Shown here: positions 42,845 through 53,533 of the stretch, in pieces | Layout: every line of letters starts with the position of its first letter | Position numbering within the stretch: position 1 is the stretch's first letter | NCBI GenBank assembly: GCA_965206645.1 | Contig: CBDBKE010000004.1 | Location: 32,001-96,000, forward strand | DNA: 64,000 nt | DNA from: Terriglobia bacterium | GTDB lineage: Bacteria; Acidobacteriota; Terriglobia; JAJPHL01; JAPKYU01 | Reading direction: 5' to 3' | Made by a program: the position numbers and the translations under genes | Notes under the pieces: generated by a model | Told to the model about the DNA's origin: nothing | Databases searched by the model: none | Seen by the model: only the letters and a program-made list of their open reading frames with translations

Positions 42845-44095
42845 TGACCTGACCGGCACTTTTTGTACCAAGTGGAAAGAGAGAGAATCCACTTGAGGAG
42901 GAAGTGAGGTCATGCCGACAAGGAGTTACAAGCCGGAGCAGATTGTAGCGGTGCTACGGCAGATAGAAGTGCAGATGGGGAACGGGAAGACTGCGCCCCA
43001 AGCCTGCAAAGAAGCTGGAATCCACACCCAAACCTACTACCGGTGGCGGAAGGAATACGGCGGGCTGAAGGTGGTGCAGGCAAAACGGCTAAAGGAGTTG
43101 GAGAAGGAAAACACGCGGCTGAAGCGGTTGGTAGCGGAGCTTTCTCTGGAGAAGCAGGTACTGCGGGATGTGGCACAGGGAAACTTCTGAGCCCTGAGCG
43201 GCGGCGTTGTGCGGTGGAGCGTGCGTGGGAGCAACACGGGTTGTCGGAACGGCCTGCCTGCCGGCTGCTGGGGCAATGGCGAGGGACACAACGATACGAG
43301 CCGATTCATCGGGTGGACGAGGATGCTCTGACCCGAGCGATCATTGCCCTGGGAGCGAAGTACGGGCGATATGGCTACCGGAGGATCACAGCGTTGCTGC
43401 GGAGTGCGGGCTGGGAAGTGGGCAAGGACCGGGTGCAGCGGATTTGGCGGCGGGAAGGGCTGAGAGTGCCGCAAAAACAAAGGCCGCGAGGACGGCTGTG
43501 GCTGAACGACGGTTCCTGTGTACGACTGAGGCCGGAGCGACCGAACCACGTGTGGAGCTACGACTTCATGAGTGCCAGAACGCACGAGGGGAGAACGCTG
43601 CGGCTGCTGACCTTGCTGGATGAGTACACGCGGGAATGCCTGGCGATCCGGGTGGAGCGGAGAATGGGCAGCCAACAAATCATTGAGGCGTTGTCGGACG
43701 TGATGTTGTGGCGAGGGATACCGGAACAGATTCGATCCGACAATGGTCCCGAGTTCATCGCCAAACAACTGCGCCAGTGGTTGGCAAATCTAGGGACCGG
43801 GACACTGTACATCGAACCGGGCAGTCCCTGGGAGAACGGGTACTGCGAGAGTTTCAATGGGAAGCTGCGGGACGAATGCCTGAATGGAGAGATCTTCTAC
43901 TCGTTGAAGGAGGCACAGGTGGTGATTGAACAGTGGAGGGTGCAATACAACACGGTGCGGCCGCACTCGGCGCTCGGCTATAGGCCCCCGGCGCCGGGGG
44001 CCTATAGCCCTCCCCTGCCACTGAAACCAGGTTTCACAGCCCCAGGCTGCGATGTGAACTCTCACTACGGTTGGTACAAAAAATCGGTCTGGTCA
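42845..44095 (+). mobile_element. IS3-family element, full length (+1 nt near orfB end)
   Basis: Near-identical to 28931-30180. Confidence 0.97.
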
Positions 44096-44303
44096 ATAAC
44101 AGTGCCTAGTTAAGCGGAGCCGCAGCAAATGGCCAATAGCCCCGCAGTTACATGCGGGCCGCTGTTCCCGGCGCCGGTCTTTGCTTGGTACCTTCGGACT
44201 AGCGGGCGCGCGCCCAGCAGGTGGAAACTAGGGCTGGCTGGTGGAGGGTCTCCACCATGCGAGCAGGGCTACGCCACCGGGAGTGTAGGTTAGGGCTGGC
44301 GCG

Positions 44304-45585
44304 GGTGGTCTCAACCCATCGACGCAACACTTTGCCTTGAAAGGAGGAGGTGGAGTGTATGCGGATGAAGCAAAGAGCTCGTCGCGGTGCCTTGAAAGGA
44401 GGAGGTGGAGTGTATGCGGATAGCTCGTCGCGGTTACACTGGCGTCGCTGGCGGAACTGGAGGAGGTGTGGGATCGGTGGAAACGAGGGGAGTCGCTCAA
44501 GTCGATTGGACGAGTGTTTTGTAAGCAGCCATCGTCTGTTTACCATCAGCTTGCTCCGTACGGAGGCATCCGTCCTCGGCCACCACGCCGTTCATGTTGG
44601 GCACTGACGTTGTCGGAGCGCGAAGAGATCTCTCGAGGCATTGCGGCACATCAATCGATACGATCCATCGCCGGGTTGCTGGGTCGCTCACCATCGACGG
44701 TGAGCCGGGAGATTCGGCGGAATGGCGGCGATAATGACTATCGAGCAGCGGAGGCCGATGAGCAAGCCGGGGAGAGGGCCCGCCGGCCGAAGCGGTGTCA
44801 GCTGGTCAAGCATCCACAACTACGACGGGTAGTGGCCAGAAAGCTCAGCATAAACTGGTCGCCTGAGCAGATCGCCAGCTGGCTGAAACGAGCCTATCCG
44901 AAGGATCCGTCCTATCACGTGTCTCACGAGACCATCTACCGCAGCCTGTTTGTTCAAGCCCGCGGTGCGCTGAAGGCAGAGCTGATGCAGCATCTGCGGT
45001 CAAAGCGGACGATTCGTCGATCCCGACATGCAAGTCTGAGAGGCCATGGACGAGGACAGATCACCGACATCGTATCGATCCGTGAGCGCCCGGCCTCGGT
45101 CGAAGATCGTGCCGTGCCCGGTCATTGGGAAGGCGATCTGCTGTCCGGATCGAAGAACAGCCACATTGCGACTCTGGTCGAACGTCATACGCGCTACGTG
45201 ATGCTTACGAAAGTATCCAGCAAGAAAACGGAGACGGTCGTGTCGGCGCTCATCAAGCACGCGAAGAAGCTGCCGACGGAACTGTACAAATCTCTGACTT
45301 GGGATCGAGGCCTGGAGCTCGCCGAGCATCGACGGTTCACGTTGGCGACCGACATTGACGTATACTTCTGTGATCCTCAGAGTCCATGGCAGCGCGGTTC
45401 GAATGAGAACACCAACGGTCTACTCCGACAGTACTTCCCCAAGGGAACGGACTTGTCGGTGCACTCTCAGGCGCATCTGAACAAGGTGGCACGTCAGCTG
45501 AACGAACGGCCCCGTCAGACGCTGGAGTTTGAAACTCCGGCAGAACGATTTAACGCTTGTGTTGCATCGACCGGTTGAGCTGGCA
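44304..45585 (+). mobile_element. IS30-family element, second copy with rearranged 5' end (ORF 44466-45578)
   Basis: Same transposase sequence as 32717; local duplication at 44334-44450. Confidence 0.93.
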
Positions 45586-45831
45586 GTTCAAAGCGAACAA
45601 ATAAGAGGTGCGCCGCCGGACATGTCGTGACAACTGGTGCGGCGGAAACTTTTCTCCAGTGTACTCTATGACCTTCCGTCGAGGTGGAATGGACTCCGTT
45701 GTGAAAACTCCCAGCCCATGGATCGGCGATCGTCGACTTACGAGGCGATAACGTGAGAAGCGGCCATTGATTCTGGCGGTCCGAGTACGGCCATGACTTT
45801 CTCGCTTGTAAAGAGTGTTATTAGCCGACAT
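45586..45831 (-). pseudogene. Second copy of the SET-domain gene 5' half
   Basis: 45586-45889 matches 33939-34242 with a few differences; the 3' half is absent. Confidence 0.85.
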
Positions 45832-45972
45832 TTTAATTAGGGCAATGGACGTCGTAGGTACCTCGCCCCCCAGGGGAATCCAGGCACTTCTTAAATCGCT
45901 TGTGAGATGGCGCGAGGGAGGATACAATCACCCACGATAGCCAAACACATTTGATGCGAAGGAGGATTCGGC

Positions 45973-47529
45973 ATGGCCACTGCCACAACTGAAATTCGGC
46001 CCCTCACTGCTGCCGCATTCACTACGCCCGACAAGTTTACCCAGTTCTGCAACAACGGCGGTAAGCCGCTGGGTGGAATCATTGGCGGCGAAAGGGTTTC
46101 CGGATCGATGAATGCGACGTTCCAGACAACCGACCCCGGGTCGCAGGAACTGCTCGCCACAGTATGCGAGATGGGCGAAGCGGAAGTCGCGCTGGCCGTC
46201 GACGCTGCCAGCCGAGCATTCCATGGCGACCTTAGGAAAGGCTGGAGAGACGTCGACATCGAGGAACGCATTGGGTTGGTGAACAAACTGGTTGAGTTGT
46301 GCGACCGAGACCGAGACGTTTTGCTTGCCTGCGAAATTCGGGACGGTGGCAAGGTGTCAGCATTGGCTGAAGGCGACTTCACACAGATTCGTGCGTCTGC
46401 CGAGTACTTTTGCGGAGTTGCTCGGAAGATCGCGATGGGTGACGGGCCGGCGGTGCAGGTCGCCGACGGCATCAAAGGCTTTGCCCATCGCGAACCTTGG
46501 GGAGTTGTCGCTGGAATCATCCCCTGGAACTATCCGATCGTGCTGACATCGTGGTTCATGTTCCCGGCTTTGCTGGCCGGGAATACGGTTCTATTCAAGC
46601 CAGCGGAAAACACCCCGCTTTCGGCTCTCTACATCGCCAAGCTGGCCGAAGAAGCGGGCTTCCCGCCAGGCGTCATCAATGTGTTGCCAGGTCGCGGCGA
46701 AATCACCGGCCAGTGCATCGCCGAACACCCGGGCATCCGATATATCTCGTTCACCGGTTCGCCGGGCGTTGGACAGGCTATTCTTCGTACCTGCGACCGA
46801 CATGGCACGCGGATGAAGCGTGAAATGGGCGGCAACGGCGCTGCGATCGTGCTGGACGATGTGGATCCCGAAGTCGTCGGCCGTTTGATTGGTCGATATA
46901 CCAACCAGCACTACGGCCAGACTTGCTGCACGATTCACCGAGTGTATGTCCACAGTAAGATTGCCGATGGTTTCGTCGACGCGCAACGTACCTTCTTCGA
47001 AAACTTGAAGATCGGCTACCAAGCCGAGGAAGGAACACAATTGGGCGCGGTGGTCAACCCGACGCAACGCCGGCGCATCCTGCAGGCACAACAAGAAACC
47101 GTCGCTCGTGGTGGCCAGGCGATCCTTCCAGGTGGCGTGGCGGAAGTGACCGGTCGAGACGGTTTCTATTTGAAACCCGCATTGTATCGCACGACGCCAG
47201 GAGTCAACTGCAATCCCGTGGAGGTATTCCACACCTTCGCAACCGTATGCCCGGTGAACTCCCCCGAGGAGGCGTTGGAACTGGCCAACAGTTCGCCCTA
47301 CGGACTCGGAGCGAGCGTTTGGACCAAAGACATTGACCGCGGTGTTGCCTTGGCCAAGCAGTTCCGCGACGGCACATGTCAAGTCAACTGCCACAACTCG
47401 ATCGCTTACGGTCTACCTTACGGTGGCCAGGGAATTTCGGGCGGTCCCGGCGGCGGTGTCAACTGCGAAGATACTTTGCTTGACTACACCCAAGTCAAAG
47501 CGGTCTACGTGGCCGAGTATCCAGGTTAG
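45973..47529 (+). CDS. Aldehyde dehydrogenase family protein
   Basis: IIPWNYP, FKPAENTP, FTGS, catalytic EMGG and GQTC, YGLGASVWT. Confidence 0.95.
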   Translation: MATATTEIRPLTAAAFTTPDKFTQFCNNGGKPLGGIIGGERVSGSMNATFQTTDPGSQELLATVCEMGEAEVALAVDAASRAFHGDLRKGWRDVDIEERIGLVNKLVELCDRDRDVLLACEIRDGGKVSALAEGDFTQIRASAEYFCGVARKIAMGDGPAVQVADGIKGFAHREPWGVVAGIIPWNYPIVLTSWFMFPALLAGNTVLFKPAENTPLSALYIAKLAEEAGFPPGVINVLPGRGEITGQCIAEHPGIRYISFTGSPGVGQAILRTCDRHGTRMKREMGGNGAAIVLDDVDPEVVGRLIGRYTNQHYGQTCCTIHRVYVHSKIADGFVDAQRTFFENLKIGYQAEEGTQLGAVVNPTQRRRILQAQQETVARGGQAILPGGVAEVTGRDGFYLKPALYRTTPGVNCNPVEVFHTFATVCPVNSPEEALELANSSPYGLGASVWTKDIDRGVALAKQFRDGTCQVNCHNSIAYGLPYGGQGISGGPGGGVNCEDTLLDYTQVKAVYVAEYPG

Positions 47530-47810
47530 TCATCCAGCCAAGACTTCGGCATGCCGGTCGCCAGCCTCAATAGCTGGTAAGTTGCTATCCGGAAAAGTGA
47601 TCTCCCGTCATACAGGGCAAGACAGGCTACCGCAGTTTTTATACCGACGAGACAAACATCATCCGGTTCACGAGCGAAGACCGCCCCGCTACCGCCGACG
47701 ACCCACCACTGTGATGGTGTGACGAGATGGGTCTGCGATCGGACCCGCCGTAAGTTGGTTTGATCTCTATGTCGTTTGTGATATTGAAGGACCGACAAAG
47801 GAGCGCATGA

Positions 47811-48050
47811 ATGCCCAGACTAGCTAGGATACTGCGTCAGCTGAAAGCCCAGAGACAGGTAGCTCAAGCTGAAGCAGACAAGCTCGACCGAGCCATCGAG
47901 GCTCTGACCGAAGGACAGAGAGGTTCCGGACGACCACCTGGTAGAAAGCGTCGGGGCTTCTCTGCTGCTGCTCGCAAGAAGATGTCTGCCGCTCAAAGAG
48001 CCCGCTGGTCCAAGATCAAAGCCCGTAAGAAAGCAGCGAAGACCGTCTGA
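47811..48050 (+). CDS. Small basic coiled-coil protein, putative nucleoid-associated
   Basis: AAGGAG RBS; N-terminal coiled coil, GRPPGRKRR, SAAARKKMSAAQRARW. Confidence 0.75.
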   Translation: MPRLARILRQLKAQRQVAQAEADKLDRAIEALTEGQRGSGRPPGRKRRGFSAAARKKMSAAQRARWSKIKARKKAAKTV

Positions 48051-48370
48051 GTGAGGGAGAACGCCACGTCCCTCAAAGCGCCATCACTCTGCCAACACCA
48101 GCCCTCTAATAGCGGATCGTCTGCGAATCGCCGGAGGGATTGCTGGCGGGTTCACGAAAGGAAGGCGGGAGTCCCATTTCGACGCGCACGAATCAGCAGC
48201 GAATCCGCGTCCAACTTGCACTAGCTGCCGCCCCACCTCGGGGGCCGTAGGCGGGACGGAGGGTTCCTCCTATGTGGGGTCTTGACTGGATCGCATCGTC
48301 TAATGCCGTCTGGTGATAGCACACCGCTACGGCAGCTACCAGTGCCACCATAACGGCACCACGTCGCGTC

Positions 48371-49822
48371 TTATTCTTCCGCGATGCTGTAGAGATGTCG
48401 CCCGCCGCGCAGCAGCAGCTCGCGGCCGACGGCGGCCGGGGAGGCGGTGAAGCTGTCGTCGAGCTGGTTTAGAGCGAGCGCTTTGGGGTTGTCCTCATGG
48501 GTAAGAACTATGGTGGCGCCGTTGCGGTCCGTGACGTACACTCGGCCGGCTGCTGCGACGGGCGAGGCGAACACCGTGCGCAGGCCAGTGAGTCGGATTG
48601 GGCCGGGCTGATCTTCTCCCGTCCGGGCATCGACACGCGTGAGGACACTCTGAAAATGGGCGATGAAGTACAACGTCTCTCCGTAAAGCAACGGCGAGGG
48701 CACATACGGTGCCCCTCGCGTGCGGACCCACGCCACCTGCCCGGTCTCGGTGATGTCACCCTTGGCACCGTCGAGGCGAATGGCAAGCATGCCCGGCCTG
48801 TCGTAGGTGCTGCCGGCATAGACCATGCCGCCTCCCGCGGCGGGCGAGGCAACCACGTTCTCCACCGAGAGCCCCTTGCCCTCCCAGATCATCGCACCAG
48901 TGGCTAGGTCGTATCCGCGCACGCGCTGCGAACCGCTGATGATGACCTGCGGCCGGCCGCCGTGCTCGACCACGATGGGCGTGGTCCACGAACTGCTCGC
49001 CTCGCGCTCGGTCCGCCAACGCTCCTGCCCCGTCCGCTTGTCGAACGCGACGACAAATGACGGGCCTTCGTGATCCCAGTTGAGGATTAGTGTTTCGCCG
49101 TACAGCGCCGGGGAACTGCCCTCGCCATGGCCGTGCAGTGTGTGCATTCGGCCAAGGTCGGCTTGCCACTTCAACTTACCGTCGAAGTCCAGGCAGTACA
49201 GGCCGTAGGAACTGAAGGAAGCAAACAGAAGTTTGCCGTCGGTCACAGGGGAAGCGGACGCCAGGCTCGAGGTGAAATGCCCGCCCTCGTGCGGCAGGGC
49301 CTTGCGCACAGTCCGTTCCCAGAGGACGCTTCCATCGCGGCGGTCAAGCGCCATGACGATGAACTTGACGCGACGCGTGATGGGATTTTCGTCGTGGCCG
49401 CCGGGACGGCCGCTGTATCTAGGCGACAGGGCGTCACCGGAAGGAACGGCGGCAGTGACGAAGACACGGTCGCCCCACACGATCGGTGTCGAATGGCCTT
49501 TGCCCGGCAGCTCGACCTTCCACCGGATGTTCTTCGTCTCGCTCCATTCGATTGGCGGATCGGCGTGCGGCGCGACGCCCGTGGCCAGCGGCCCACGCCA
49601 CTGCTGCCAGTTGTGCATCGCATCGGTCAAAACCTCGGGCGGCGAAGGGGTCAGGGGCGCCTCGACCGGTACGACACCGATTCGGTTTTGCGGCTCGGGC
49701 GGCGACAATTCACGCGGGCGATTCACCCATTCCGCCACGAGGTTGATCCCCGCCATGACCACAACGATCAGCAGGATCACCATAGCCGGCGAGGATGTAC
49801 GTTGTCTTTGTCTTTCTATCAT
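48371..49822 (-). CDS. PQQ-like/BamB-like beta-propeller protein
   Basis: WQQWRGP, GHSTPIVWGDRVF and repeated SSP...G...W blades; N-terminal TM anchor. Confidence 0.88.
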   Translation of the reverse strand: MIERQRQRTSSPAMVILLIVVVMAGINLVAEWVNRPRELSPPEPQNRIGVVPVEAPLTPSPPEVLTDAMHNWQQWRGPLATGVAPHADPPIEWSETKNIRWKVELPGKGHSTPIVWGDRVFVTAAVPSGDALSPRYSGRPGGHDENPITRRVKFIVMALDRRDGSVLWERTVRKALPHEGGHFTSSLASASPVTDGKLLFASFSSYGLYCLDFDGKLKWQADLGRMHTLHGHGEGSSPALYGETLILNWDHEGPSFVVAFDKRTGQERWRTEREASSSWTTPIVVEHGGRPQVIISGSQRVRGYDLATGAMIWEGKGLSVENVVASPAAGGGMVYAGSTYDRPGMLAIRLDGAKGDITETGQVAWVRTRGAPYVPSPLLYGETLYFIAHFQSVLTRVDARTGEDQPGPIRLTGLRTVFASPVAAAGRVYVTDRNGATIVLTHEDNPKALALNQLDDSFTASPAAVGRELLLRGGRHLYSIAEE

Positions 49823-50126
49823 GCGTTACCTGCCCTTCTCCGCCAGCAGACTGTCGATGACCGCATCGGTGGGGTCGAGTTAAATATGAAAATTTGAAAC
49901 ACACCAGCGGTGGTTTTGCGAAGCGTACTCATGCCCCGGCGAAGGTGTTGACATGCGGAAATTGCAGTTGAGACCCCACTGGGACAACAAACAACAGGGT
50001 TAGGCTCACTCTGGGTAAGTAAGCAATACGAGGAGAGCGTCTCTTCGACTCTTCCATTTCTCTTCGGCCTCCTCTGCAGGGCTTTTCAATGCGGTTCCGC
50101 GGTGGGGGCGGCAACTCCACACGAAT

Positions 50127-50561
50127 TCACTTTTTGGCTAGGTTTTCATAGCGATCTTCAACAGCACTCTCCCTGGTCGTCGGAAGACCACGGGGAGCCC
50201 AGCCCGGGAAAGTTAACTGCCCCATCTCATCGGTTTCTCCACCGAATCCGCCGCGCATATCTAGGATGTTGGCGAACCCGGCCTGTAGCAAGACCTCGGC
50301 CGCTTTCATGGAGCGGCCTCCTTTCTGGCAACCAGTAATACATTTCACGTCCTTGCCAACATTGGCCTCCACGATCTCCACAAATCGGGGATTGAACTGC
50401 ATGCGCCCGAACGGGTCCGGTTCCACGACGGGAACGTTTTTGGCCCCCGGCACGTGTCCCGCCTCAAACTCCGGGACGGTTCGCACATCCAGGTAGATGT
50501 ATCCAGTATTGGAATCGAGCAGCTCCTTGGCTTGTTCCGGTGTAATGCGTTTGATTTCCAT
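50127..50561 (-). CDS. Rhodanese-like protein (Cys form)
   Basis: YLDVRT..EF..GHVPGA, CQKGGRS, MRGGF. Confidence 0.9.
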   Translation of the reverse strand: MEIKRITPEQAKELLDSNTGYIYLDVRTVPEFEAGHVPGAKNVPVVEPDPFGRMQFNPRFVEIVEANVGKDVKCITGCQKGGRSMKAAEVLLQAGFANILDMRGGFGGETDEMGQLTFPGWAPRGLPTTRESAVEDRYENLAKK

Positions 50562-50975
50562 GCTTGCTCCCTTGCCTATTTGTTCAATTAAACACTGGGT
50601 GACGGTAGGTCTTCACAGCCTCACCCAGAATTCGATGGGATGAACCTTCGCTTTCTCATTCGGTTTCTACTTCTACATCGTTTCCGTTACCCGAACGGAA
50701 AAACTCTTACACTCGGCTCAAGATTCTACGCCAGCCACCCTGTCGGCTCAAGCTCAGATGACCATGGCCTCCTTGTAAATACGGCCAATAAACTAGGCCA
50801 CAGCACCTCCGCGAACTCTTCGCGTCTTGGGTGCTGGCAAAGACCACCTCTCGCCGGAAATGCCGGATAGACCCAGCCTATTCCCCCTGTTCTTTCCGGT
50901 CCGGCTGCTCCCGAATGGTCGCCGACTCGGAAAGTCCCTCAGCGCCTTGCGGCTCCTCCTCTGACTGTCAGCGGT

Positions 50976-51009
50976 CACTTGGACGTATAGTCGGCTATCC
51001 GGACAAGTG
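50976..51009. other. 34-bp site C
   Basis: Identical to site B; companion motif at 51046-51071. Confidence 0.6.
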
Positions 51010-51148
51010 CCTACCTTGAGCAGCGTCACTCAATAGCTGAGAGCAGATAGGCCCCGACTAGTCGGTTAGGATTTACTTATCCTTTCAGGAAGGAACTTCC
51101 AAACCCCCCATGTGTCAGGACCTCCCCGAACCCGAAGGTGCCTAAGGC

Positions 51149-51964
51149 TCAGATACTATGGCACTTGCGACTCAGCTTAACCGCTCGCCGCACCCACCAC
51201 CCCTTGAGGCGTGTAAATAGTTTCCAGTCCTTGATTGTCAGCGATTCAATGTCCGTCGGGAGGTGAGTGAGCAACTCGAAACCATCCTTGGTGACAAGAA
51301 CCGTATCGGAATGACGGAGGCCGCCGATTCCCTTCAGGTAGATTCCCGGCTCAATGCTGATCACCATATTTTCAGCGAGAATATCAGGGCGGCCCTCCGC
51401 GACCCAGGGAGCCTCGTGATTTCCCAGGCCAAACCCGTGGCCGGTTCGGTGCAGTCGCACTTCTTCGCCGCTGTAGCCTTCCTGTTGAAGGAAATCGTTG
51501 ACGGCACGGTCCAGTTCACTGCACGCAACGCCGGGACGCACCTTGTCGAAGGCAATACGGCGGGCTTGTCTCATTGCCTCGAACGCCTTCCTGATTTCCG
51601 GCGATGGCGGATCGGTGAAGTAGGTCCGCTCGCACTCTTCCGCATAGCCGTTGACGCGGGTGAGCACTAAGGCTACATGCGGTCCTCGGTTAAGCCGGTC
51701 GCACAAGTCGGGGACCGAATGCGGTTCCGCGCTGCGAGGGGCTGCCCACGTGGCCATCAACACTTTCGTTGTCAGCGGATCCCAATCATCGACCTCGCGG
51801 ATGGTCCGCAGGGTAACGACGCGGGTTTGGGCAAAGCCCTCGGCAACGGTGGAGCCGTAGTAGGAAGCAGCGAGGAGACACTGAACCCCCAGGTCAGCGT
51901 AGCCGGCCGAGCGTCGGATCATCGCGATCTCGGTCTCGGATTTGATCAGGCGCAACCGTTCGAC
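51149..51964 (-). pseudogene. M24 Xaa-Pro peptidase, 5'-truncated by IS3
   Basis: LRLIKSETEI, HRTGHGFGL..HEAP, ISIEPGIY, GLRHSDTVLVT. Confidence 0.85.
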
Positions 51965-53220
51965 TGACCAGACCGATTTTTTGTACCAACCGTAGTGAGA
52001 GTTTACATCGCAGCCTGGGGCTGTGAAACTGGTTTCAGTGGCAGGGGAGGGCTATAGGCCCCCGGCGCCGGGGGCCTATAGCCGAGCGCCGAGTGCGGCC
52101 GCACCGTGTTGTATTGCACCCTCCACTGTTCAATCACCACCTGTGCCTCCTTCAACGAGTAGAAGATCTCTCCATTCAGGCATTCGTCCCGCAGCTTCCC
52201 ATTGAAACTCTCGCAGTACCCGTTCTCCCAGGGACTGCCCGGTTCGATGTACAGTGTCCCGGTCCCTAGATTTGCCAACCACTGGCGCAGTTGTTTGGCG
52301 ATGAACTCGGGACCATTGTCGGATCGAATCTGTTCCGGTATCCCTCGCCACAACATCACGTCCGACAACGCCTCAATGATTTGTTGGCTGCCCATCCTCC
52401 GCTCCACCCGGATCGCCAGGCATTCCCGCGTGTACTCATCCAGCAAGGTCAGCATCCCTCGCCGCAGCGTTCTCCCCTCGTGCGTTCTGGCACTCATGAA
52501 GTCGTAGCTCCACACGTGGTTCGGTCGCTCCGGCCTCAGTCGTACACAGGAACCGTCGTTCAGCCACAGCCGTCCTCGCGGCCTTTGTTTTTGCGGCACT
52601 TTCAGCCCTTCCCGCCGCCAAATCCGCTGCACCCGGTCCTTGCCCACTTCCCAGCCCGCACTCCGCAGCAACGCTGTGATCCTCCGGTAGCCATATCGCC
52701 CGTACTTCGCTCCCAGGGCAATGATCGCTCGGGTCAGAGCATCCTCGTCCACCCGATGAATCGGCTCGTATCGTTGTGTCCCTCGCCATTGCCCCAGCAG
52801 CCGGCAGGCATGCCGTTCCGACAACCCGTGTTGCTCCCACGCACGCTCCACCGCACAACGCCGCCGCTCAGGGCTCAGAAGTTTCCCTGTGCCACATCCC
52901 GCAGCACCTGCTTCTCCAGAGAAAGCTCCGCTACCAACCGCTTCAGCCGCGTGTTTTCCTTCTCCAACTCCTTCAGCCGTTTTGCCTGCACCACCTTCAG
53001 CCCGCCGTATTCCTTCCGCCACCGGTAGTAGGTTTGGGTGTGGATTCCAGCTTCTTTGCAGGCTTGGGGCGCAGTCTTCCCGTTCCCCATCTGCATTTCT
53101 ATCTGCCGTAGCACCGCTACAATCTGCTCCGGCTTGTAACTCCTTGTCGGCATGACCTCACTTCCTCCTCAAGTGGATTCTCTCTCTTTCCACTTGGTAC
53201 AAAAAGTGCCGGTCAGGTCA
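51965..53220 (-). mobile_element. IS3-family element, full length with 6-nt insertion
   Basis: Near-identical to the other copies; no target duplication. Confidence 0.97.
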
Positions 53221-53399
53221 GGTCAGCGGCATGAGGGGGCAACTCCTGTTTGGTGTCTTCCTGTTGCCCCCAGAGTTGCCCCACATGCAGGGGCGGCTGT
53301 CCCGGAAACTGAGGGGACCATGTCGGACAGTATAACAGGCCTAAAGCCCGTATGAACAGTGCCTTATGGGTGGTTATTGGACCCGGTCGGACTGATAAA
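53221..53399 (-). mobile_element. Island att end with P4-type integrase stub (MPLT) and arm-type repeats
   Basis: Directly 3' of tRNA-Glu. Minus strand has TGGGGCAAC/TGGGGGCAAC repeats, AGGAG, then ATG CCG CTG ACC cut by the IS3 IR. Confidence 0.6.
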
Positions 53400-53474
53400 T
53401 GGTAGCGGTACCGGGAATCGAACCCGGGTTCCCAGATTGAGAATCTGGTGTCCTAACCCCTAGACGATACCGCC
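53400..53474 (-). tRNA. tRNA-Glu(CTC)
   Basis: GGCGGTA acceptor stem, CCAGA-TTCTCAA-TCTGG anticodon arm, GGTTCGATTCC, encoded CCA. Confidence 0.97.
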
Positions 53475-53533
53475 ACTTTGGACCCAGTGTAGCCAGCGAT
53501 CGGTAGGTCGTCAAGCGAGACGGAAGGGGAAGG

